Origin: a bacterium
Lineage (GTDB): Bacteria; RBG-13-61-14; DATKZS01
Reading direction: 5' to 3'
DNA length: 64,000 nucleotides
Assembly (NCBI GenBank): GCA_963674965.2
Contig: CAXXFL010000006.1
Span: forward strand, 704,001-768,000
The translations under genes were made by a program, and so were the position numbers. The notes under the pieces were generated by a model. That model saw only the letters and a list, made by a program, of their open reading frames with translations. It had not been told where the DNA came from and searched no databases. This document shows positions 41,933-53,600 of the stretch, piece after piece (position 1 is the stretch's first letter; each line of letters begins with the position of its first letter).

Positions 41933-42598
41933 CTACAAATATTTAATCCCTTTATGTCCTATCGCGCTTCCTTCCTCAACGGGTGTGAAACGAAAGTTGG
42001 TTAGCTTGTACTTTTTCGCGCAATCTATAAGAGCATCCGTACAAAAGAACTTAAGATACGATAAATTGGTAGTGAAAAGGTTTTTACCGTCCCAACTGTC
42101 AGGCTTGAATATATAAGGGCATATTTTTGAGTGCTGCAATGTATATGTTTTAGTAATATCGTACAACAATCGTCCACAGCTTTCACAATAGCGAGCATCA
42201 AGAAATCCACTGGCGAGTAAGTCAAGCTCGGCGCCACAGAGTTTTTCTCCATCCACCCAATAGTACTTTGGAGGCTTTGTCCCCTCAAGCTTTTTTGGAT
42301 AAGGCTTTTGGAGTTTAACCCTGTGAAGGGGGATTTCTCCAATGTTTTCTTTCGACCATGCTGCGACGACTTTTTCTGAGATAATTAATAACATTTGGCT
42401 TCCGCAACCTAAAACATCAGCCCACTTGGTACCCTTATCCGGCTCAAAAATAACGGAGATATCACCTGAAGGATAGAATCTCCGGCCTCCGCATTTTTCG
42501 CAGGGGGGCAACATGGTAATTCCTTTCGTTATTTCCGATATCCAGGGGAAGCCTCTTGTATCAAAGGAGTTATCTGAAATGGAGTAAAATTTAATCAT
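41933..42598 (-). CDS. double-CXXCG-like immunity protein
   Basis: CEKCG and CESCG motifs, WDG..LF...FCTD; follows the toxin. Confidence 0.72.
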   Translation of the reverse strand: MIKFYSISDNSFDTRGFPWISEITKGITMLPPCEKCGGRRFYPSGDISVIFEPDKGTKWADVLGCGSQMLLIISEKVVAAWSKENIGEIPLHRVKLQKPYPKKLEGTKPPKYYWVDGEKLCGAELDLLASGFLDARYCESCGRLLYDITKTYTLQHSKICPYIFKPDSWDGKNLFTTNLSYLKFFCTDALIDCAKKYKLTNFRFTPVEEGSAIGHKGIKYL

Positions 42599-42606
42599 AA
42601 CGGTGC

Positions 42607-43932
42607 CTACTGAAAATTTGGATTATTTCTTAAATTATGCATGAAATTTAATACTTCTTTATCAGAAGCTGTTGGGTTACTATCGAAGAATTTTCTCCAT
42701 TCTTTGTTAAAGTCTCTGCTCCATTTTAGATGGTTATTATCTCCTTCTACCCATCGGCCATATTGCGCCTCGTTTATATCATTAATGCCTAATTTATTAA
42801 ATCTATCTTCAAATTCCACCGGCAAGTCATGGTGGGCATGTGGCTTTTTTAAATGTGAGGGCGGGTCACCTAAGTTTTTACGTAGAATTTTTCTTGCCTT
42901 TGTCCCCCTGGCCTTGTTTGCGGCTCTTGCCGCCTTCGCCGCCTTGCTTGTTTTACTAGCCGCGCCACTTAATGCTTTCCCTGATTTGCCAATGCTCTTC
43001 GGGCCGCCGGTCGCGCTGAGCGCAATGTTGGCCGCTAACTCCGAGCCGATTAACGCTTGCTCGTCAGGATCGCTTGCCAGGAAGGCATTATACTGGTTTA
43101 CTGCCCCGTAGTACAACACCTCGGGCTCATCAAGATATAAATAAGCCCCATAACCAATAGTCTCACCCGTGCCATACAGGGTATCGACTGGATGCCGGGC
43201 CATGGTATAGACGCCTTCACCCGTCGAGTAAAACGTCCTTAGCACTCCATGAGCTCCGGCGCTGATACAAGCGGTGGTCTCATTCGAGTTTACCGCGTCC
43301 GCGTACGTCCAAAGAGCGCCGTATATTCCGCTCACGAACTCCGACTCCCGGCCGTCTCCGTCATAATATCGGAATGGATTATTGTTCGCGTAGGCGTACT
43401 GGTTGATGCCCCCGGCAACTGGATCGACGCTGACGAACCTTCCCAGGTCGGGGTCGTACCAGCGGGCGCCGAGTTGGTAGAGGCCGACGTCGTTGTCGGA
43501 GCGGCGGCCTACGAAGCCGTGGGTGATGGAGGAGTTGGCGATGGTGAGGGGGTGGGAGGGCGAGCCGGCGAAGTCGGCGCCGAAGGGGAGGTAGGCGCGG
43601 CGCCAGACGGTCTCGCCGTCGGAGTTGGTGGCGACCACCGGGGAGTGGAGACCATAGTGGAGGTAGAGGCGCTGGGAGATATTGACCGAGGCGGCGCCCG
43701 AGTCGAGGAGGCTCGAGCCCGAGTCGTCAACCACGTCAATGTCGTATGAGCCGGAGCCGGCGTCGTCCCCGAGGTCGCCCGTGTCCACAAAAATATAAGT
43801 CGCGCCCTCGGACACGGCCACCTCGATGGCGTAAACCGCGCCCGACCCATTATCGAAGCGCACCGTGTACGTCCCCGCGTCCAGCGCCCCCGCAACGGCC
43901 AGCTTGAGAGTGTCGCCCTCCTCGAGCTCGTC
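42607..43932 (-). CDS. orphan cassette 1 (shorter homology arm): Rhs core and DUF2380/AHH-like HNH toxin (probably silent)
   Basis: NNPFRYYDGDG; tip AHHDLP..F...GI...H..W...FN.EW..FF..NP.A. Confidence 0.78.
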   Translation of the reverse strand, partial: DELEEGDTLKLAVAGALDAGTYTVRFDNGSGAVYAIEVAVSEGATYIFVDTGDLGDDAGSGSYDIDVVDDSGSSLLDSGAASVNISQRLYLHYGLHSPVVATNSDGETVWRRAYLPFGADFAGSPSHPLTIANSSITHGFVGRRSDNDVGLYQLGARWYDPDLGRFVSVDPVAGGINQYAYANNNPFRYYDGDGRESEFVSGIYGALWTYADAVNSNETTACISAGAHGVLRTFYSTGEGVYTMARHPVDTLYGTGETIGYGAYLYLDEPEVLYYGAVNQYNAFLASDPDEQALIGSELAANIALSATGGPKSIGKSGKALSGAASKTSKAAKAARAANKARGTKARKILRKNLGDPPSHLKKPHAHHDLPVEFEDRFNKLGINDINEAQYGRWVEGDNNHLKWSRDFNKEWRKFFDSNPTASDKEVLNFMHNLRNNPNFQ

Positions 43933-44155
43933 ATCTTGGGTGGCCCACTCTTTCGGAACGAATGAGTGGGTGAGCGGAGCGGACGGGCTTAGCGCCTCGA
44001 GGCATGTTGAAGCTTTCGGCTCCAACTACATGCAGCTAAATCTCAAATTGAATTTTCAAAGAACCGTGCGTAGCTTATATATACCTGTCTCGCGTTGCGA
44101 GAGCCACACGGAAGCATGCTATACCGTATGGCCAACCCGCCGCACTCGCTAAATA

Positions 44156-44593
44156 TCACATTGTTTCATCATCAATTATCGTGAAAACATCCTTTGCTTT
44201 TCCATCTGGGCAACCATATATGTAACACCATGATATATCATTATCAGAATACTCTTCATCATCTCCATCAATAACTTCAGGGTATTCAAAAGCGACACAA
44301 ATAGTGTATATATCATTGTTTTTTGGAGAAATTACCGGGATTAATTCACCTTCGTTATCATAAGAGATTGCATCGGGGTACTGATCTGTATCGTAAAGGA
44401 CAATTTCTTGATTGCATTTATTACATGAAGCGACCACTAATGGTCGGTTATTCTTTTTAACGGAAAAATAATTATTCTTGCAGATACATTTGACTTGATA
44501 AGCAACAAAGTACTCATTTGTCGGTACAGGAAGTATTGAAGCAAAACAACCTATTGGTGTAACGAAGCCCTTTAAATGATCTGGACATCTCAT
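44156..44593 (-). CDS. Cys-rich putative cognate immunity protein of the full-length toxin
   Basis: AT-rich ORF about 22 nt after the toxin stop, AAGGA RBS, CIC and CNKC motifs. Confidence 0.72.
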   Translation of the reverse strand: MRCPDHLKGFVTPIGCFASILPVPTNEYFVAYQVKCICKNNYFSVKKNNRPLVVASCNKCNQEIVLYDTDQYPDAISYDNEGELIPVISPKNNDIYTICVAFEYPEVIDGDDEEYSDNDISWCYIYGCPDGKAKDVFTIIDDETM

Positions 44594-44615
44594 GCTTTAT
44601 TCCTTTCGTGATATA

Positions 44616-47600
44616 TTAATATTCTAACATCAATGAGTTTATTGCGTTTGGATCCGCTTCATTCATTCTTTTCCAATTTTGTAATTCTCTATTCAATTCA
44701 CTTACATTGTCAAGTTTATAATTAGAGATATAGTTGGTATTATAACGATTTCCTTCCAATGTGTATGCAGCATCGGGATGAACCCTCTTGCCATTAAGTG
44801 CATTCACTTTATTTCCGGCGGCATCAAATTGACGCTTGTTTTTATTAATGTTCGTAGCTCCTTTCGATTCTGCCCAGTTTAATTCATTTTCGATCGCATT
44901 ATTATGTTTTACGTTGCCAGGACCATGTTCTTTGCCCCATTTTGTGCCACTTACAGAGGATTTATCCGCCGCTTTTACCGCGTCATCGCCAACTTCCTCC
45001 GCGGCCTCCAATACGGCCTTGCCCGCGCCCTCGGCCGCGTCGTCGGCCGACCCTTTTAATAATCCTTTTACTCCGTTTATTGATCCCTTGACTCCATTAT
45101 AAAACCCTCGAGGGTTTTTTGCGATCTTATAGCCGGTGGCGGTAAAACTTAAGCCGGCGCAAACGTCCCCTGGGATATTGACGACGTCCCAAGCATCTCG
45201 TATTCCATTGTAAGCGTCATCAGCCGCTGCTTCAGAAGGAATCGCTCCAACTCCATCCAGACCTCCTACTATAGCGAGAGGAACTCCAACTCCAATACCG
45301 CCGGCGGCGTAAATTATCAAAGCCGCCATTGCCATAGGATCGCGACCATCGCCGTCCTGATAGACGAATGGATTATTATTCGCGTATGCGTATTGATTGA
45401 GATCCTGGAAAACCGGATCGGTGCTCACGAACCGCCCCAGGTCCGGGTCGTACCAGCGGGCGCCGAGTTGGTAGAGGCCGACGTCGTTGTCGGAGCGGCG
45501 GCCGACGAAGCCGTGGGTGATGGAGGAGTTGGCGATGGTGAGGGGGTGGGAGGGCGAGCCGGAGAAGTCGGCGCCGAAGGGGAGATAGGCGCGGCGCCAG
45601 ACGGTCTCGCCGTCGGAGTTGGTGGCGACCACCGGGGAGTGGAGCCCGTAATGGAGGTAGAGCCGCTGGGAGATATTGACCGAGGCGGCGCCCGAGTCGA
45701 GGAGGCTCGAGCCCGAGTCGTCAACCACGTCAATGTCGTATGAGCCGGAGCCGGCGTCGTCCCCGAGGTCGCCCGTGTCTATAAAAATATAAGTCGCGCC
45801 CTCGGACACGGCCACCTCGATGGCGTAAACCGCGCCCGACCCATTATCGAACCGCACCGTGTACGTCCCCGCGTCCAGCGCCCCCGCCACGGACAGCTTG
45901 AGAGTGTCGCCCTCCTCGAGCTCGTCGGACCAGGTATCGCCGTCGCCGAGGGTCAGCTCGCCGATGGCGCTCTCGGCCAGGAGCCGTAGCCGCGCCGCGT
46001 CCAGCTCGGGCGTCGCCGAGTCGCCCTCCCCCGGCCCGCAAAGCTGGGTCGCTCCGTCCATGACGGAGGTCACGCCGTCGCACAGCCCGTCGCCGTCGGT
46101 GTCCGGATTGAATGGGTTGGTATAGAAATACCCCGAGTTCAGGTATTCCTCGAGATTGGTCCTCCCGTCCCCGTCGGGGTCATCGGCCGCGTCGTCCACC
46201 AGCGGGTCCAGCCCGGCGATGACCTCCCAATAATCGTCGATCCCGTCCCCATCCGAGTCGGCCAACAGCGGGTTGGTCCCCAGCCTCGCCTCGATAATGG
46301 CCGCCATCCCGTCCCCGTCATAATCCGCCACCGCCGTATCGCACTCCACCACCACCGGATCGAACCCAAGGCTATCCGCGTACTCCACCTCCCACCCGTC
46401 CGTGAAGCCGTCAAAGTCGGAATCAATGGAGACGGGGTTGGCTTGGGATTGGCAGTAGGCATAATTCAACGGTTCGCTAACAGTAACGTCTGGATCGCAC
46501 TCATCAACGTTCACGATACCGTCAGAATCCGTATCGACCGTTCCTCCATCAGCGTCGGATATTGGGTTAAGGCCGTGTTCATACTCCCACTTGTCAGGCA
46601 TGTCGTCCAAGTCGCTGTCGCCCGTATATGGGCAGGAATCCAGAACGTAATATTCCATGCCGTCGGGGAGACCGTCGTCGTCGCTGTCAGATAAGGTTGG
46701 AATTACAATAATGCCCTCATACATTTGAGCGTCAACTTCTTCCGAATCGAGCATGTAATCCTCATCAGTGTCGGGATTGTATGGAGACGAGAGAAAAACA
46801 ATTATTTCAGTTTGATTGGAAATTCCGTCGCCATCGGGGTCATCGTTATTGTCCACCACCAATGGATCAGTCCCGTATTCCACCTCAATTCCGTCTCGTA
46901 AGCCATCGCCGTCAGTGTCGGGATTTTCCAGTCCATTTGGAATAGTGCCCATCTGATATTCAGTAAGGTTCCATAAGCCGTCGCCATCGGCGTCGGAGTC
47001 CCAGTCCGTGGAGTCGTCCGGGTCAAAACTATATTGGACCTCCCACCAGTCAGGCATGCCGTCCATGTCGGAGTCGACCATGTCTGGCCTTGTGTTATAT
47101 ATATCGTGTTCGTCAATATTGCATAACCCGTCCTGGTCGAGGTCCGGACAACCGGCGCCGCCGGCGCCGTCGGCGGCATTATTGGGGTCGAGTCCGAATA
47201 ATGCCTCGTAGTCGTCATCCATGCCGTCGCCGTCGGTGTCGGCCAAGCTCAGTGAGGACCCCGCGTACATTTCCTCGATTACCATGAGGGTGGAGCCGAA
47301 TAATTCGCCCACGTCCAATTTCGAGTAGAACACGTAATAATTATCCGACGGGTCCTTTTCCACCCAGGCCACGTGCAGGTATTCCTTGTCGGGGCTGGGC
47401 TTGATCCTGGCCAGGACGGCGTCGTTAGCGGGGTTGGATATAAGTATGGGAGGTCTCCAGTGGGTCGAGTTGGTAGGCGCGTCCTTATAATAATCGTTCC
47501 TTACCATTTCGTTCGAGTAAAGGATTACCGATTTGGTCTGGCCCGAGCCCACGGGCGTCTCGACCACGGACTTCCATACCGCGTGTTTCCTCTCCCCGCT

Positions 47601-50600
47601 GGTTTCGGCCACGAAGGCCGCGGGTTTTTCCGGCTGCTTGATAAAATCCGGGAAGTGGGAGACGTCCTGAGGATAGGGCTTACCCCCCTCATAAACGTAT
47701 TCTATCCAGTCGCGATAAATAACGTCGTATTTAACGGTGTCCCCGGCCTGGAGGCCGCCGGTGAAGAAGATGCCGTCTTGATAGTTGTATACTTTATAGG
47801 GACTCAAGTCGGCGACGCTGGAGTCGATATGGTCGTCGTCCCACCAATAAGTATAGAGATTTCCATCCCCATTGGAGGACCACACGCTCCAATCACGGGA
47901 GCCGGTTGCAAAGGCGACGCCGGGCGGATAAGTGTCTTTTTTGTCGATATTATTTGCAAGATAATTGTATTCGGACCAATTAATAAATGGAGGGCTGGAT
48001 CCATTATGATATCCCATTTGTTGGATGACCGACATTTTATCGGAATCGTTTTTCTTTGCGGCTAAAAGATATGCCTGGTTATATCCAGGTATTATCTGTA
48101 TCGCCAGGGTTGGAGAGAATAGATCGTAATGGGACCAGCAATACTTATACCTCCAAGCCGGGTATCCTCCGGAAGGACCCCATTCACATACATTAACTCT
48201 TTTTTGTGAGGTAGAATCGTTAATATATGGGAAGGCGAGAAAATATTGGCCAATAGTGTGGTCGTAAAATACGCTTAAAAAATCATCATCCGACAATAGC
48301 CAATCGCCGATTGTAGATTCGGTCTCAGGGGCGTAATACGTTGCGCCATCTGTAATAAACAGCGATTTTAACCATCGGCTTGAACCGCTTTCATAGGAGT
48401 AGAAAAGCACTAAAGTGCTGCCGTCATATCCGGGCGCGATATCCGCTAGAAACGCCCCTTCCACCGTTCTATGTACGGTTTCACTAACCGCAGCCATTGG
48501 CCAAGACAGCCCGGCGGCGTCGTAGTAATCGTCGCCGGAGTTGGTGGGGTCGTGGCCGATATTCAGTTCGATCCCGTCGGGGTCTCCTCCGCCGTCGGTG
48601 TCGAAGTTGACGGGGCTGGTGGGGGTGTTTCCGTACAGTTCCTGGTAGTCGGACAGTCCGTCGTGGTCGGTGTCGGCCAGGGTGGGGTTGAGATCGCACT
48701 CGTCGGCGTCGCCGATGCACACGTTGACGTAGGGGTGGTAGGCGGTGTCGCCGTCGAAGGAGGTATCGCCGTCAAAGGAGATTTCCTGGAGGTCGGTAAG
48801 GCCGTCGCCGTCGGTGTCGGTTGAGCCCGGGTTCGTGCCGAACCTGAACTCCCAGATATTGGAGATGGAGTCCGAGTCGGGGTCGGCGGTCAGGTCATCG
48901 TCCACCGTGGGATGGAGGTACTTGAGTTCCCAGTAGTCGCCGAGGGAGTCGCCGTCGGAGTCGCTCGAGAGGGGATCGAGGGCGTCGTCGTCGCAGCTAT
49001 TGCCGCACTTGTGGTAGGGCTCGAGGAACATGGCGCAGCATTCCTCGATGTTGGTCACTCCGTCGTGGTCGGGGTCGGCCTCGGCGTCGTTGGTGAGCGG
49101 GTCGAGGGTGTCTCCGGCGTCGACCTCCCACTTGTCGTCCATGCCGTCGTGGTCCGTGTCCTTGTGGTAGGGGTTGGTCCCGGCCAGGTACTCGCCGAGA
49201 TTGTCAAGCCCGTCGGAATCGTAGTCCGAGGCCGCGTCATCGGTCAGCGGGTAAGAGTTCCAGATAAGCTCCCATCCGTCGGGCAAGCCGTCTCCGTCGG
49301 TGTCGGCCAGGCAGGGGCTGGTCTCGGTGTCGCCGTCCAGGGCCCCGTCCTGGTCGAAGTCCTCGAGGCCGTCGGGCACGCCGTCGCCGTCCGAGTCCTG
49401 ATTAGTGGGCGACGTGGTGCATCCCACTCCGACGGTATACCCGTATAGCGCCTGGGTTTCGAGATAATCGCTTAGTCCGTCGATATCGGAGTCCGCGCTC
49501 CTGGGGTTGGTGAGCAGCGAGTATTCCTGGAGGTTGGTGAGGGTGTCCCCGTCCAGGTCGGCGGCCGAGTCGTCCGTCAGGGGATCGAGGCCGTAGAGGA
49601 TTTCCCAGTCGTCGTCCATGCCGTCGGAGTCGGTGTCGTCGAGTCCGGGATGGGTATGGTGGAGGTACTCGGAGCGGTCGGTCAACTCGTCGTTGTCCGC
49701 GCAAAAGGAGCAGGTGTTGGCCTCGAGCGGGTCCAGGTTATGCTCGACCTCCCACCCATCGGGCAGTCCGTCGCCGTCGGTGTCCATGTCGTAGGGGTCG
49801 GTCTCGCCCGAGTCCACCACGTAATCGTTGTCCTTGTCCTCGCCGGCGGAGTCTCCATTAACCAGCCCGTCGCCGTCCATGTCATCGAACACGTATATGG
49901 GAGGTATGCCATATTCCACCAATTCCAACTCGTCGTATATGCCGTTGTCGTTCCTGTCGGTGTAGCCGTTGGGATCGGTCATATAGAAGTACTCGAGATC
50001 GTCGGTTAAGTCATCGCCGTCGGTGTCGGCGTTTCTCGGGTTTGACCCGAAGAGCAGTTCCTCGTAGTCGTCCAGCCCGTCGCCGTCGGTGTCGGCCAGG
50101 CACGGGTTGGTCTCGATATTCTGCCTGATTCCGTCCTGGTTTTTATCCTCGACCCCGTCGGGAATGCCGTCGTCGTCCGTGTCGGGGTCCATGGGATCGA
50201 GGCACAGGCTAATCACGGCCTCGAAATAGTCGGGGACATTATCGCCGTCCGTGTCGCGCTTGATGGGATTGCAGACGTAGGCGGTGACGGTCGAGCCGGT
50301 CATAAGTATCTCTTCACCGTCTTCCATGGTGTCGCCGTCCACGTCCGCGATAAGCGGGTTGAGATAGACGGTTATCGTGTCTCCCGGGCACCCGGCGGAA
50401 GCGTCGCATGAGGCCCCCTTGTAGAGCAGGAACTCCTGGAGGTTGGTGAGGCCGTCGGAGTCCCAGTCCGTGTCCCCGTCCTGGACATGGGGATTCAGGC
50501 CCCAGAAGACCTCCCACCCGTCGTCCATGCCGTCGCCGTCCGTGTCGGCTATACAGGGATTAGTCTCCGTATTGCCGTCAAGGACGCCGTCCAGGTCGAT

Positions 50601-53600
50601 ATCCTCGAGTCCATCGGGAATGCCGTCGCCGTCGCTGTCGGGATTCGTGGGCACGATGGTGCATCCCATTCCAATCGTCAAGCCGTAGAGGGCCGTGGTT
50701 TCCTGATAATCGCTCAGTCCGTCGGCGTCCGTGTCGGAGCAAATTGGGGAGGTTTCCCAGTTTGCCTCCTCGGCGTCAGTGAGAGTATCCCCGTCGGAGT
50801 TGGTGGTCGAGTCCCGCGGATCGATGCCCAAGGCGAGTTCTTCCAGGTCGGACATGCCGTCGTCGTCGCTGTCTGCGTCGTTGGGGTCCGTTCCGTTTTG
50901 CGCCTCGTAAAGGTTGTCCAACCCGTCACCGTCCGGATCGGCGATCGTCGAACTGGACAATATGGTCAAGGCGTCATTAGGATCGAGGGGGTCTAATGAA
51001 TTGTTCTTCTCGAAGACGTCGTCCATGCCGTCGCCGTCACTGTCCGCCCGGCAGGGGTCGGTCTCGCCCTGGTCGAGCGCGCAATCGAGATCGGCGTCCT
51101 CGCCGTTGGAGCACAATAAAGTGGAACCGTCATAAACGGAGGTGTTTCCATCGCATAGGCCGTCCCCATCTGAGTCGGGATTGCTCGGGGAGGTGCAGTA
51201 ATCGTGTTCTTCGCCGTCATTGAGTCCATCGGAGTCGCCGTCGGGGTTTAGCGGATCGGTCAAGGACGCGATTATTTCGTAATAGTCCGATAGAGTATCG
51301 TCGTCCGTGTCCTCGTCGCATGGGTCGGTTTCGCTCGAGTCCTTCACTCCGTCCTTGTCCACGTCCTCGCCGCCGGTCCCGCCGTCGATCAGGCCGTCGC
51401 CGTCGGTGTCTTGAATGATGGGGGACGTGCAGTAGCCTATCTCGACTCCGTCTTTCAACCCGTCCTGGTCGGAGTCATCCGAGTTGGGATCGGTATAATA
51501 ATCCTCCTCCGTCGAGTTGATAACGCCGTCCTCGTCGGGGTCCTCATCACCGTCCGAAACGGAATCGTCGTCCGTATCGGGATCGTAGGGATCGTAGCCG
51601 TAAATGGCCTCCCACGCGTCGGATAGGCCGTCCGAGTCCGAGTCGGCCCCCTCGATAAAATTGAACGATATGAAATCGAACCCCTGGACGTCGGAGTCGG
51701 CCGAGTATACGGTCAAAACGTGTTCAACGCGAGGTAAAAGAATCTCCGCTCGATAATAGGTCGAGTTTTGAGAGTTGAATCTATCCACCAGGTCATCCCA
51801 GGAAATGGTGAAGCCTTTGTCCAAACCCTGGTAATGGAACAGGTGAGCGTCGATGGCCGCGTCCGTGTCTCCCTCGATCACTTCCTCGGCGCTGGAGAAG
51901 GCGATCCATTCAAGACCGGCGTCAATGGAAGCCGGAGACAACGTGTCTCCCGCCAAGCTTATAACCGGATTGGTAGTAATGGGATATCCCCAGGGTTCAT
52001 AGGTCCGGTCGTCGGCGAGCCTGGTTGGTTGGAAGAGGTAGTAGTTGTATCCGGACGTTACCGTCTCACCTGAGAAATTATGGTTGGAAAGGATCAGCGC
52101 GCTTATATCGCCGTCGCTATCGGGAGAGGATACCCCGGCGGCTATTACCGTCTCTCCGGGAGAAGTGTTGGTTATCTGTTCAATATCATTATAGACCGTT
52201 GTATCTCCCTCGAGCCGTCTGAAGACGAAAAGCTCGGTGGACACCGAGTTTCCGTCGTTGGCGAACCCGTCCACGCCCTCGTAGTTCCCGTTGGAGCTGA
52301 AATATATAGACTGAAGCGAGTCGTTGGCGATAAAGGGATGGTCGTTATTTACGGAGCCGCTGGAGTCGGTCACCTGGTTTACTCCCACGCCGTAGTCGCC
52401 ATAATAGAAGATTTCATAATTATTGTCCGCGTTGCCGACCGAGGCGTCCCAGTCCTCCGCCGAGACGAAAGCTACGTAGTCCGCGCCGCTGGTGGCGGAC
52501 AATCGCGGATTGATGCCCTGCTGATGCAGAGTAGTCCCCAGGAGTATTGCCGTGCAGTCAAAATGATATGGTCCTCCAAAGTAACCGTGTCTGCACTTCA
52601 TCAGTTCGTAGTGATCGAGAGTATCGCCGGCCAGGGAGTTCTCCGTCCAGAAGAAGAAACTATCCTCGTAAGTGAGCACGGCGTCATGGTTTTCTTCACT
52701 CCTGACGTCGCCGAAAAGGTCGCTGGTGGTTATCTGAAGGAGACCATCGGCCGCGTCCCAGAAATACAATTCTCCGCCGGGGGCGGTCTCCCCGTCCTCC
52801 AGGTCCTGACGCGACCAGAACACGGCCTGATCTCCGGCGTTGTTGGACGATATGCGTCGACCGACCAGGGATGAGACGTCGTCGCGGGCCACGGCAAAAG
52901 AGGTCAGGACGTCGGTGGAATAGCCGTCGATGGTCAAGTCCGCCCGGTAGACCTGGAAGACGTTATCAGTGGTCCCGTCCTGGGCCCAATAGAACATGTA
53001 TTGGCCGTTCCCGGACATGGCCGGCGCAAGTATAGTCGATGAGGAAAGAGGCATGGAAAGATTCGAAAGGGGCTGAAGCTCATCGATAATTTCCACGCCT
53101 TTTCTGGGACCGAGAAGGTCGGTCCAGTGGTCCATTACTATCTTGACCTCGTCAATTTCGGAACTGGTCCTTACCGTCAATGAACCCGTCGAGTAGTCCG
53201 CCTCGATCGAGTCGCCGTAGGTGGGGGCGTCGATGATAATGGGGCCCACTCGTCCCTTCATCTCATATACCTTGACGCAGGTCGGGTCATCGTAAGTAAA
53301 AGAAGCCTGGAACACGCCATATCCATCGGATCCGTCGCTAAGTAGTTGCTCCGTCGAGTCGGAAGGAAGAACGATGGCCTTGCCAAAGGAATTCATCGGA
53401 GGCGGAGAGACCAAAAGCAGGTCCGATATCTCGCCGTCAATATTAAGCGTCGCGCCCGAGCCGGGACCGTAAGTGACGTCATAATAGTTTTCAGGGCGAG
53501 AGACAATCCAGAAATGATACTCCGTATCGAGCGGGATTCCTGAAGGGACGTTGATCTCGACCTTTTCGTTGTTCGTGACCACGACGTTGGGAATATCCAT

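Noticed and set aside
29353-46424. Repeats alternating with unique sequence as a CRISPR array or diversity-generating retroelement
   Set aside because: Repeats are about 1 kb and protein-coding. No cas or reverse transcriptase gene is present, and the differences are not adenine-specific.
31666-46462. Recurrent short antisense and alternate-frame ORFs (e.g. MYVPASSAP..., MTWLTTRAR...)
   Set aside because: Shadows of the GC-rich repeated arm; they recur only because the DNA is duplicated.
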